Source: Planctomycetota bacterium
GTDB lineage: Bacteria > Planctomycetota > UBA8108 > SXIK01
DNA length: 64,000 bases
Direction: 5' to 3'
NCBI GenBank assembly: GCA_965223845.1
Contig: CBDCXR010000004.1
Span: forward strand, 5,664,001 to 5,728,000
Made by a program: the position numbers and the translations under genes. Within the stretch, counting starts at the first letter, position 1. Each line of letters opens with the position of its first letter. Under the pieces are notes generated by a model, which saw nothing but the letters and a program-made list of their open reading frames with translations, made no database searches and was not told where the DNA came from. This document shows, piece after piece, positions 29,033-39,000 of this stretch.

Positions 29033-30367
29033 CTAATTCGCCGGCAACCAGCGCGGATGGTCCGCACCGCGCTCCTCCAGACCGCGAGTGAGTAGACGGG
29101 GAGGGCTTCCGTCCGCATCCATCACGTAGAGTCCAGGCACGCCACCGGTCTCCGCGCGGCAAAATGCGATCTGCCGTCCCGAGGGCGATTCGCTCGCGCG
29201 AAAGTCCCAGACGGGCGGGTCATTCTGGGTCAGGCGCTTCACGGAGCCGTCGCGTGGACTGAGCCGGCAGATCTCCGTCCCTCCGCGCGCCGACTCGGGT
29301 TTGAAGTCACGGTTGAAATGATCGGTGTCGGGCCGCTGCGGTTGGTATTCCCACGGCACCTTCGATCCGGCGAGCCGGCGCGGGAAGAGAATATCACCGT
29401 CGCTCGTCCACGCCGCGAGATTCGACCCGCCGCCGCGGTTCTCTGGACTCCCGTACGTCGCGCCGAACCACATGGTCTGGCCTTCGGTGAGTACGCGGAA
29501 GTCGCTGCCGTCCGGGCGCGCGAGACAGAGGTCGCTCCAGTCGTGACCGGGATCGGTCTTGAAGTGGCAGCTTTGAAAGAGCAGCCACGCTCCGTCCGGA
29601 GACCAGCGCGGACCGAAGTAGAGGTGGTCCGGATGCGCGGCGACTCGGACACGGTCTCCGCCTCGCGTGTCGCTCATCCAGATCTGATATCCCTGCGGGC
29701 TGGCGAGATGGTACGCCACGCGCTCCCCGTCCGGGCTGAGGCTGAGACCGTAGGGCAGACCCTCGCCCAGCCGCGTGAACTCGCGCGCATCCGAGCCGTC
29801 AAAGTTCATGCTGAAGATCTGACCGCCCGCATCACGCACCACTTGCACGAGCAGTCGTTCGTCGGACAGCAGCAACGCCGGCGTGTAGAAGACAGCGAGT
29901 CGGTCGCGCGTGCAGATCTCCGTGAGCCGGTCGCGGTCGAAGTCGTAGAGCCAGAGATGCGTAGGAGTTCGGTGGTAGTACTGATCGAACGGTCGGCCGG
30001 GGCCGTCGCGCCGCGCCTCCATGCTGAGGAAGATCATTCGACGCCCGTCCGAGAGGAACGGCCCCGGCTGCCAGGTCACCTGCTCCTCCTCTCGAAAGTC
30101 GAAGTAGCGCAGCCCGGAACCGTCGGCGCGAATGACCGCGGTGCGGCCTTGCGAAGTGAAGAAGAGCCTTCCCGAGCGAGTCCGGTCGTTGCGACGCGTC
30201 CTCGCAGTCCCGCAGGCCGGCAGGAAACCGAGCGCGGAGGTCGCGACGGCGGAGGCGAGAAACGCGCGCCGGCTTGCGGGCCGAGACGACAGCGGCGAGT
30301 CCGCGCCCAGTGGGCCAGGAACTTCGTGCTTCGGCAGAGCGAGTGTAGTGCGGGGAGGCTGGGTCAT
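29033..30367 (-). CDS. Tat-exported TolB-like (PD40 repeat) beta-propeller protein
   Basis: SRRAFL twin-arginine signal with PAC lipobox; LSPDGERVAY, WSPDGAWLLF, SPSGRQIAF. Start position is uncertain. Confidence 0.82.
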   Translation of the reverse strand: MTQPPRTTLALPKHEVPGPLGADSPLSSRPASRRAFLASAVATSALGFLPACGTARTRRNDRTRSGRLFFTSQGRTAVIRADGSGLRYFDFREEEQVTWQPGPFLSDGRRMIFLSMEARRDGPGRPFDQYYHRTPTHLWLYDFDRDRLTEICTRDRLAVFYTPALLLSDERLLVQVVRDAGGQIFSMNFDGSDAREFTRLGEGLPYGLSLSPDGERVAYHLASPQGYQIWMSDTRGGDRVRVAAHPDHLYFGPRWSPDGAWLLFQSCHFKTDPGHDWSDLCLARPDGSDFRVLTEGQTMWFGATYGSPENRGGGSNLAAWTSDGDILFPRRLAGSKVPWEYQPQRPDTDHFNRDFKPESARGGTEICRLSPRDGSVKRLTQNDPPVWDFRASESPSGRQIAFCRAETGGVPGLYVMDADGSPPRLLTRGLEERGADHPRWLPAN

Positions 30368-30737
30368 CGTATCGGGACCTTGGGCAGGTCGAGCGCTCGT
30401 CTGAATCGTCGGGTCTCCGAGCATCGTCGTCCAGGCGGCGGCGGCCGTCTCCCGATCGAGGAGAGGCCCGACGGTGAGAATCGCTCATTTGGCGCGGACA
30501 CGTACTGACCGGCGGGAACCCGCGCGGCGACGTGCCGCTCCGGACAGTGTGATCGAGAAAGATCGCAGAATTCGAGCGCGAAAACCGGTCGACCTCCGAA
30601 CCTGGAGTGCCAGCGTCGACTTGACGTTGGCCGCCAGTGATTCGTCCCGATAGCTCGACGTGAGGACGCCGTACGCGCGACGGCTCCCTCGCGTCGGCCT
30701 CATGCCCAGGGGGTGCAGCCATCTGGAGGTCGAACTG

Positions 30738-33700
30738 ATGTCCCGTACATTCCACCGCACCGTGCTCGGCTTGGCCCTTTCTATCGTCGCGTCGGCGCCC
30801 GTGCTGCCCCAGGACGGCCTCTTCGACGAGGGAAACGTCGAGGAGGTGCCCCTCGGCGGAGTTCGCGTTCTCGGAAGCGCGATCCACGTTCGGCCCGATC
30901 CGCTTTCTCCGAAGGAAGAGCTCATCCGACTCACCACTGGGAAAGAGGGCGACGTCGGAAGCGTCTGGTTCGAGCAGCCCGTCCCGCTCGGACCGCTCCC
31001 CCTTCGCCTCGAGTTCGACCTCTTCGTCAAGTCGGCGAGTGCGGACCCGCCCGACGGGCTCGCGGTCAACTTTCAGTTCGAGAGCGATCTCGCCCTCGAA
31101 GGGCGCGGCGGTGACGGCGTCGGTGCGTGCTTCGAACCCGGGCGTGAGCATCTCTCCTTGGTGTTCGATCAGCGCGACGACGGCTCGCTCGATCCCGAGA
31201 CGAGCTGCGATCTCGCTCGCGGCCCTCGAACTTGCGACTTCGAGGTCCACCGGAACTCTTGTCCGGGCGATGAGCTTCCGCTCGCAAGCAGCTCCGCGCT
31301 CGGCGAGGACGGACCGGATCTCGTTGCTTTGGGAATGGATCGCCGGAAGCTTCGGCTCGCGGTCGAGTACATCCCGCCCGGCGTCGTCGAGGAGCCGAGC
31401 GAAGGCCACATCCGAGTCTCGGTCGAGCCGGCTGGAGCAGTGCGAGACGGCTGGGAGCAGACCTTTCCCGCGCGCCTGGTTTTCGACGACGCCGGCCCCC
31501 GAGGTCCCGCCGCCTGGCTCGGCCTCGCGGGCTCGTCGGCGAGCGCAGATACCGCCTTCGAGGTCGAGAACCTCCGCGTCGTCGTCGTGCCGGAGACTCC
31601 GAGCGGCGACTGGAATCGGTCGATCGAGGCCGTCGCGATTACCCCGAGCGATGAGGACGGTCTCTTCGATCTCCACGCCTTCGTGCGCCTCGATCCGGGA
31701 ACCGATGAAATTCCGCCGCGGCTCGATACCGAGGTCGAGTTTCGCGTCGACGGCGTTCCCGTCGGGGCAGCCACGATCGCGTCGGAAGCGGACGAAGAAA
31801 GTCTCGAGTCGGCTTTGCTCGCCGGAATCAAGCTCGAAGGCGGGGTGACCGTCGAAATTCACGCCCGCCCGGCCGACGGTGCGGCGCCCGAGATCGACTC
31901 TTTCGACGACGCCTCCCGGCACGTCTTCGGCGGAGTGGAGCACTGCTGGGATCGCGGACTCTCGAGTTTCACGATCGTTGAGAACGACGACGAAAGCTTC
32001 GACGTCTCGGTCGACGTCGACCTCACGACCACCTATGACGGCGAGCTCGATCTTTCGAGCCGCATCGTTCTCCTCGTCGACGGGAAGCCCGCTGCGAGCG
32101 ATCACGCCGTCGGCGACCAGCTCACCCTCGACCCCTGTCCGTCCGGCTGCGGCGGACCGTGCGCGGTCGGACCGGACGGCGAAGCGGGCGGTGTGTGCGA
32201 GATCCAGAACGAGGATCTCTACTGCGCCTGCTCGTCCTACTCCTACGCCTCCGCGCACTTCCGGGGGATCGAGCTCGAACCGGGCGCGCGGGTCACGGCG
32301 CGGCTCGTTCCCATTGGGCTCGAGCTACCCGAGCTTCCTGGCCTTCGGAAGAACGACAGCATCTCGACTACCCTCCCGATCCCGTCCTTCGGTCTTCCGC
32401 ATCGCGGGCTCGATGGCAGTCACGTCGACATCTCAGGCGACAAGATCACGATCGACGTCAGTCCGGGATGCCGGACCGGCGAGGGGACCGATCCCTCGAA
32501 CTGCCTTCCGCGGTTTCCCGATGTCGATTTTGAGCTCGCCTACGTGTGCGGGGAAGGCGGCTGCACCTCAGCAGATGGCGTCAAGCCGCTCGACCTCGAC
32601 GGTTTCCTCTTCGTCTGCCGGTGCGACGACAACGGAGAGATCATCTACGCGAGTTGTATCCTGTGGTCGCATCCCTGGTCTGGGAACTCCCGACCCACGC
32701 CCGTCGCGGGCCCCGATGGACTCCTCTATCTTTGCGTGGAGGACGAGGAGGCCCAGGAGTCGAGCTGCACTCCTTGGCCCGAGAACGCGAGGCCCGTTGC
32801 CGGGCCGGACGGACTGCCGTGGTTCTGCGCGGAGGACGAAGAAACCGGAGAAGTCCTCTGCGCGCCTTGGCTTCTTCCGGTTGAGCCGATGGCGGGACCC
32901 GTCGCCGGGCCGGACGGACTCATCTACATCTGTGTCCGGGACGAAAACGGCGAAGAGACCGCCTGCATCCCGGTGCCCGCGGACGTCAAACCCGCCCAAG
33001 GGATCGACGGTCTCCTCTACCTCTGCCACGAGGACGACGTGACCGGCGAACGCGAGTGCATCCCGTGGTCCCATCCCGAGAAGTCCCGGGCTGAGCCCGT
33101 CGTCGGTCCGGACGGACTCGTCTATCTCTGCGTCGAGGATAAAGAGACGCAGACGTCCGAGTGCATTCCCTGGTACGAGGAGGTCGACGTCGTCGAAGGA
33201 CCGAACGGCTTCCTCTGGCTCTGCGCGGAGGATGAACGTGCGCAGCAGTCGATCTGTATCCCCTGGCTCCCGGGCACCGAGCCCTCCGTCGGCCCGGAGG
33301 GGAATCTCAGGCTCTGCCGGAACGGGAACTGCGAGCCGAGCGCGGGAGTCGGCATCGACTTCGGACGGCCGGAATCGATCGAGGTTTGCTTCGAGGATGC
33401 GCTCGATGCGCGAGAGACACCGGAGGGAGCGTTCCTCGGTGTCGACGTGCTCTCGCCGGAAGGACGGCTTCTCGGACGTGAAACCGCACGCGACGCCGGA
33501 GACGTGTTCCGGGTCGAAGCCGATTTTTCTCCGATCGGCACGGAAGGCTATCACCTCGTCGCGGTGAAGGACGGTCAAGTCGTCGGCGAGGCCGAGAGCG
33601 GGGGACCGCGCTACACCTTGGATCAGGACTTCGCCCCCGAATGCGTTCGCTCCGCCATCGTCGAAGGCGATCTCTGCATCATGTTCTGCTGGGACGACAC

Positions 33701-34808
33701 CCCTCGGCCCGTGAGCGTTCGTCTTGGAGACGACGTCTTCGAGGCTGACTGCGTTCTTCTCATCTCGGTCGGCGCCGAGCCACTCGAGGCGGGGGACGTC
33801 GGGAAGATCGAGCTTCGCTTCGCCGACACCGGCCCGCGCACTATCGCAAGCGAGAGCTTCACTGCCTTCGGCGGCCGGCGGCATCGCGCGAGCGGACGCG
33901 TTCGCCCCGTGAGCCCGAACTTGATCGTAATGGAGTCGGATTCTCGCACCGATCTGGGCTCGAAACTTCAGGTCCAGCTCACCCCCCCGGCCTCCGCGTG
34001 GTCTGTCGGCTTCGATCCAAGCTACGAAATGGTCGAAGGCTCGCGACTCGGCGTCGGCGTTTCGACGATCGGCGACGAGGACGGCAAGATCCAAGACGAG
34101 TTCGTTTCTTTTGCGCACGACGGCAGCGGCATCGTCGTCCACGCCGAGTTCTCGCCATTTCCTGGCAATCACTTTAGCTCGCGTTTTTTCAGTGAGGCTT
34201 CCGTTGTCGCTGAGTATGAAGACCAAAGAGCGCCGTCCGCGCTGTCGCTCGACGGGTCAGCGCGTTTCTCCGACTGGTTCGTGATCATCGATTCGGGATC
34301 GCAGGAGAGCGACGAGATCCGCTTCCGCGCTGTTCTCTCCGGGGACCAGGAGATCTCGGTCGAAGGCGCGACGGTGATCGCCGATGCATTCGAGCTCGTG
34401 GCGGAGATCCCGCGGAAGAAGGGCGTGCCCGATGGCGCTCTCGCGTTCGACTCCTTCGAGCTCACCGTCTCGGGGATTCCCGAGCTCGCCATCGTCTCGG
34501 AGGAGTCCGTGCCCTTCGTGCCGCCCGAGGAGGACGGTTTCCTTCGAGGGGACTGCAACGGCGACGGGGAGCTCAACATTTCCGATCCCATCTTCGATCT
34601 CGAGTCGCTCTTCGGAACCGGTCGGGCATCGGGATGCCTCGAAGCCTGCGATGCGAACGACGACACGGAGCACAACATCTCCGACGCTATCTACTCTCTC
34701 TACTACCTGTTCGCGGACGGTGCAGCGCCAGGCGCGCCGTTCCCCGACTGCGGCGCGGATCCGACGCCCGACGGCGGGCTGGCCTGCGAGGACCCAGGTT
34801 GCGACTGA
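30738..34808 (+). CDS. large secreted multidomain protein: lectin-like N-domain, Cys-rich repeats, C-terminal dockerin-like module
   Basis: GGAGG RBS; signal peptide; RLT...GSVWF...DGLAVNF legume-lectin-like pattern; GPDGLxYxC repeats; FLRGDCNGDG module. Confidence 0.75.
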   Translation: MSRTFHRTVLGLALSIVASAPVLPQDGLFDEGNVEEVPLGGVRVLGSAIHVRPDPLSPKEELIRLTTGKEGDVGSVWFEQPVPLGPLPLRLEFDLFVKSASADPPDGLAVNFQFESDLALEGRGGDGVGACFEPGREHLSLVFDQRDDGSLDPETSCDLARGPRTCDFEVHRNSCPGDELPLASSSALGEDGPDLVALGMDRRKLRLAVEYIPPGVVEEPSEGHIRVSVEPAGAVRDGWEQTFPARLVFDDAGPRGPAAWLGLAGSSASADTAFEVENLRVVVVPETPSGDWNRSIEAVAITPSDEDGLFDLHAFVRLDPGTDEIPPRLDTEVEFRVDGVPVGAATIASEADEESLESALLAGIKLEGGVTVEIHARPADGAAPEIDSFDDASRHVFGGVEHCWDRGLSSFTIVENDDESFDVSVDVDLTTTYDGELDLSSRIVLLVDGKPAASDHAVGDQLTLDPCPSGCGGPCAVGPDGEAGGVCEIQNEDLYCACSSYSYASAHFRGIELEPGARVTARLVPIGLELPELPGLRKNDSISTTLPIPSFGLPHRGLDGSHVDISGDKITIDVSPGCRTGEGTDPSNCLPRFPDVDFELAYVCGEGGCTSADGVKPLDLDGFLFVCRCDDNGEIIYASCILWSHPWSGNSRPTPVAGPDGLLYLCVEDEEAQESSCTPWPENARPVAGPDGLPWFCAEDEETGEVLCAPWLLPVEPMAGPVAGPDGLIYICVRDENGEETACIPVPADVKPAQGIDGLLYLCHEDDVTGERECIPWSHPEKSRAEPVVGPDGLVYLCVEDKETQTSECIPWYEEVDVVEGPNGFLWLCAEDERAQQSICIPWLPGTEPSVGPEGNLRLCRNGNCEPSAGVGIDFGRPESIEVCFEDALDARETPEGAFLGVDVLSPEGRLLGRETARDAGDVFRVEADFSPIGTEGYHLVAVKDGQVVGEAESGGPRYTLDQDFAPECVRSAIVEGDLCIMFCWDDTPRPVSVRLGDDVFEADCVLLISVGAEPLEAGDVGKIELRFADTGPRTIASESFTAFGGRRHRASGRVRPVSPNLIVMESDSRTDLGSKLQVQLTPPASAWSVGFDPSYEMVEGSRLGVGVSTIGDEDGKIQDEFVSFAHDGSGIVVHAEFSPFPGNHFSSRFFSEASVVAEYEDQRAPSALSLDGSARFSDWFVIIDSGSQESDEIRFRAVLSGDQEISVEGATVIADAFELVAEIPRKKGVPDGALAFDSFELTVSGIPELAIVSEESVPFVPPEEDGFLRGDCNGDGELNISDPIFDLESLFGTGRASGCLEACDANDDTEHNISDAIYSLYYLFADGAAPGAPFPDCGADPTPDGGLACEDPGCD

Positions 34809-34834
34809 ATGGCTCGGAATGGGAGTCGTTCGCT

Positions 34835-34860
34835 CGTTCCCGTTCCCGTTCCCGTTCCCG
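34835..34860 (+). repeat. (CGTTCC)4 intergenic microsatellite
   Basis: Units at 34835, 34841, 34847 and 34853; a complementary GGGAACGGG lies at about 34927. Confidence 0.7.
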
Positions 34861-34992
34861 ATTCGGATACGTGAAACGCTTTGATCGGAATGGGTGGTCC
34901 GCGGGAAGTGAGGTGAGAGGAGTCTCGGGAACGGGGGCGGGTTTGGGGGAAGGTGTACGGACTCGCTACTCCCGCCGAATACAATCGGGTCG

Positions 34993-35676
34993 ATGAACTC
35001 CGATTCGACTTGCTGGACCGTGATTCGCGAGGCAGCTGCCGGAGGCGAAGACGCGCGGGATCGCTTCGCCGAGAGCTACACTCCAGTGGTGCGCGCCTAT
35101 CTCGGTCACCGCTGGAAGGGCACCGCTTGCGCGGACGACATCGACGACGCTCTCCAGGAGGTCTTTCTCGAGTGTTTTCGCGAAGACGGCGTGCTCGATC
35201 GAGTGGACGCCGGACGCTCGGGTGGCTTTCGTGCGTTTCTTTACGGCGTGGTTCGAAACGTCGCGCGTCGGATCGAGTCTCGGCGCTTGTCAAAAGAGCG
35301 GGAGCGCCATTCGGCGAGCGAACTCGACGCCGGCGAAATGGAACAGCGAGAACCCACTCTCTCGCGCCTCTTCGACCGCGCCTGGGCGAAAGCGCTCCTT
35401 CGCGAAGCATCCGCGCTGCAAAAGGAACGAGCGCAGTCGGGCGGCGCGAGCGCCGTTCGCCGTGTCGAGCTCCTCCTTCTCAGGTTCCAGAACGATTTGC
35501 CCATACGGGAGATTGCCAAACGCTGGGATATGGATCCCGCGCAGCTCCATCGGGAGTACGCTACGGCTCGGCGAGAGTTCAAGGACGCGCTGCTCGAGGT
35601 GGTTTCGTTCCATCACCCTGGCACTCCAGTCGAGGTGGAGCGACAGTGCTCGAACTTGTTGGCTTTCTTCGAGTGA
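34993..35676 (+). CDS. ECF sigma-70 factor (kinase-associated type)
   Basis: TCWTVIREAA, DDALQEVFL, GGFRAFLYGVVRNV, FDRAWA, IREIA; located upstream of a Ser/Thr kinase. Confidence 0.88.
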   Translation: MNSDSTCWTVIREAAAGGEDARDRFAESYTPVVRAYLGHRWKGTACADDIDDALQEVFLECFREDGVLDRVDAGRSGGFRAFLYGVVRNVARRIESRRLSKERERHSASELDAGEMEQREPTLSRLFDRAWAKALLREASALQKERAQSGGASAVRRVELLLLRFQNDLPIREIAKRWDMDPAQLHREYATARREFKDALLEVVSFHHPGTPVEVERQCSNLLAFFE

Positions 35677-35684
35677 AGACGTTT

Positions 35685-35981
35685 ACACGAAGTTCGCGAA
35701 GGGGGCGCGAAGGAAGACGAAGGGAAAAGAGAGTAGAGAATGAGAGTTGATTGGCAGAGAGAGAGTGAGTGAACGTGGAGATTCGCTGACCTTCGACCTT
35801 GTGCCGAGCAGCGATGTCCGCGCCGTCGAGAGCCGCCTCGAGAAGGGCGTTCTCTAATCCATTCTTTCGCCGGCTTCTTTTACAATGGATTCGCGGCCGA
35901 CTCTACGCGCGCGTCCGAGATCCATCTTCTTATTGCTCCTCTCCTTCGTCTTCCTTCGCGCCCCCTTCGCGACCTTCGTGT
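35685..35981. repeat. 297-bp element bounded by 39-bp inverted repeats (MITE/REP-like)
   Basis: Left arm 35685-35723 ACACGAAGTTCGCGAAGGGGGCGCGAAGGAAGACGAAGG; the right arm 35943-35981 is its reverse complement with one mismatch. Confidence 0.75.
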
Positions 35982-36017
35982 GAATCTCCTCTCCGGGAGT
36001 CCATAGACGGAGAACGC

Positions 36018-39000
36018 ATGTCCGAGGGAAACACTCACGAGAGCCCCGATCGTTCGGATCAAATCGAAGGCGGCCTCCGTGCGGCCTTCGGTCCCGAAAC
36101 AGAAACCGACGGCATCGGCGCCGCGAGTGTTCTCCGACGACTCCGGAACTCGGGCGCTTCCGTCCCGCAGGTGAGCCTCCGCGATCTCGAGGAGGAACCC
36201 GTTCGCCGCATCCGAACGCGCCCGGGCGAAAAGGGCATCCCCGATCGGCTCGGTCGCTATCAACTCCTCGGGGAGATCGCTCGCGGCGGCGTGGGCGTCG
36301 TCTACAAGGCTCGCGACGTCGATCTGGGTCGCTACCTGGCGATCAAGATCCTCCTCGAGAAGCATCGCGGCCGTCCGGAGATGACGCACCGCTTCATCGA
36401 AGAAGCTCAGATCGCCGGCCAGCTCCAGCATCCGGGCGTCGCCCCCATCCACGAGCTCGGGATCATCGATTCCGACCTGCCTTACTTCGCGATGCGCCTC
36501 ATCAACGGACGCACGCTCTCCGCTCTCCTGCGCGAGCGCCCCTCCGCGCTCGACGACCGATCGCGCTTCCTCGCGGTCTTCGAGCGCGTCGCCGAAACAC
36601 TCGCTTACGCAAACGCGCGGGGCGTCATCCACCGCGATCTCAAACCCTCGAACATCATGGTCGGAGCGTTCGGCGAAGTTCAGGTCATGGACTGGGGTCT
36701 CGCGAAGGTCCTCGCCCAAGGCGGTGTGGCCGACGAAGAGCGCGCGTTTCCCGCGGAGAGCGCCGCCGGCAGCTCGATCAAGACGATCCGAAGCGGGAGC
36801 ACGATATCCGATTCTGTCGCCGGATCGGTTCTCGGAACGCCCGCCTACATGGCCCCCGAGCAGGCTCGAGGCGAGATCGGTCTCGTCGATGAGCGCTCGG
36901 ACGTCTTCGGTCTCGGAGCGATCCTCTGCGAGATCCTCACCGGTGAGCCTCCCTTCACCGGAAGCTCGAACGAGGAAGTCCACCGGCGCGCCAAAGCGGG
37001 CGATCTCGGAGGAGCCTTCCGTCGCCTCGCGGAATCGGGCGCGGACGAAGAGCTCGTCGATCTCGCGACTCGATGCCTCGCCGTCGATCGCTTCGCGCGT
37101 CCTCGCGACGCCGGCGTCGTTTCGCGCGAAGCCGCCGCGTACCGCACGTCTCTCGACGAGCGCGCACGCCGCTCGGAGCTCGAAGCCGCCGAAGCGCGGG
37201 TCAAGGCCCTCGAGGAACGCAAAGCGCGCCGGCGAACGATCGCCCTCGCGGCGACGGTTGTCGTCGCCGTCTCGCTCGTAGCGACGGTCTGGGTGTCGGC
37301 TCGGCGGCGCGAAGACTCGATCAAGGACGAGGAGACTCGCGCGGTCGAGCGGGAGCTCGGCTCGGCGAAGGATCACTGGGAGACGGCAAAGAGTGTCGAG
37401 GCGTTTCGCGCGGCGGAGTGGCGCCGCGCCGTCGAGGCCGCCCGGCGCGCCAATGAGCTTGTTACCGAGAGAGTCGACGACTCTCTGCGCACGGAGAGCG
37501 TCGAGCTCTTTCGTCAGGTGGACGCCGAGGGTCGTCTGCTCGAACAACTCGAGGAGATTCGGCTCGAGCACGCGGACGATCCGAACTGGGGGAGCCGCGA
37601 GCCCGGGTACGGCGACGCGTTTCGTGAGTTCGGCGTCGAGGTGGACGTCGAGTGGTCGAACGCCGGTCCGGTCATCGAGGAACTGCGGGCCACGGGCATC
37701 GGCCCGCAGCTCGCCTCCGCCTTCGATCACTGGGCGATGGCGCGGCGCCGGATCGCCACGGCCGCGCCCGAGACCTGGAAACGGCTGCTCCGCGTCGCGC
37801 GCGCGATCGATCCCGATCCGTGGCGGAGTCAGCTCCGAACCTCGTTCGAGAACGACAACCTCGAGGAGCTCCGGCGCCTCGCGCGGCGAAAGGAACTCCT
37901 CGAGACAGCACCTCCGAGCACGATCGTCCTCCTCGCTTCGAGCCTCATCGCTGCCGATCGACGCGAAGACGCGGAAATCCTCTACTGGCGAGCGTGGCAG
38001 CGTCACCGGGACGACTTCTGGATCAACCACGGTCTCGGCTACCTAGCGCTCACCGATCCTCAGCCGCGTCACGACGAGGCGCTTCTCTACTTCACCGCCG
38101 CGCTGGTGCTGCGTCCCCACAGCGCTCATGCGCTCCGAGACTACGGAGTGATTCTGCAGCGGCTGGGAAAGGACTCCGGCGCGAAGACCGCACTCGGGGA
38201 ATCGCTGAGCTCCGAGCGGAATCGAACGACGAACGCAGTCGCCTGGAGCCAGGGGACGACGCGAATCGAGACGGACCGATTCAGCTCCGTCCAGATGGTT
38301 GCGCTCGAAGGCGGACCCTGGGGCGATGCCGCGTTCGACCCGAAGGACTCGGAGACCTTCTTCGTCGGCGCCCGCCTCCCCGCCCAGAGAGACGACGGGA
38401 TCTACCGCGTCCGCCGCCGCGGCGGCGAGTGGATCGCAAGCGACAAGATCCTGACCGGGTCCTTTCCGTCGGATCTCAGTTTCGGGCCGGACGGCGCGCT
38501 CTGGATTGCGCGGACGATCAAACCTTACGTCTACCGCGTGACGAATCCCGGACAGCCGGCGAGCCAGGTGGTGAAGCGGATCATCGAGGAGTTCCAGACG
38601 AACGCAGACGACGATCCCATCGCGCTCGCCTTCGCTCCTCCCGGATTCGATGGTCCGGCCGCGCGTCCCGGTGATCTCATCATCGCCGACACCGCGGTCG
38701 ACGATCAGCTCGCGCCCCGACGGCTGGGGATCGCGACGTCGCTCGCGAAGTGCTTTTACGCGTTCACCCCGTCCGGCGGAGACGTCGCGCCCGACAGCTC
38801 GTCCTACCGCCGCTTCCTCGTCCGGCCCGAGACGCTGAGGAGTTACTTTCCCTACTACCTCACGGACTTCACGTTCTCTCGCGACGGTGCTTCGCTCTAC
38901 GCGCTCTTTGCGCAGGGCCGGATCTTGGAATTCGACGCCGCGGGTCGACTCGTCCGCGAGATTCCCGTTCAAGGCGACGTGGTCTTCGGCCATGCCACGG

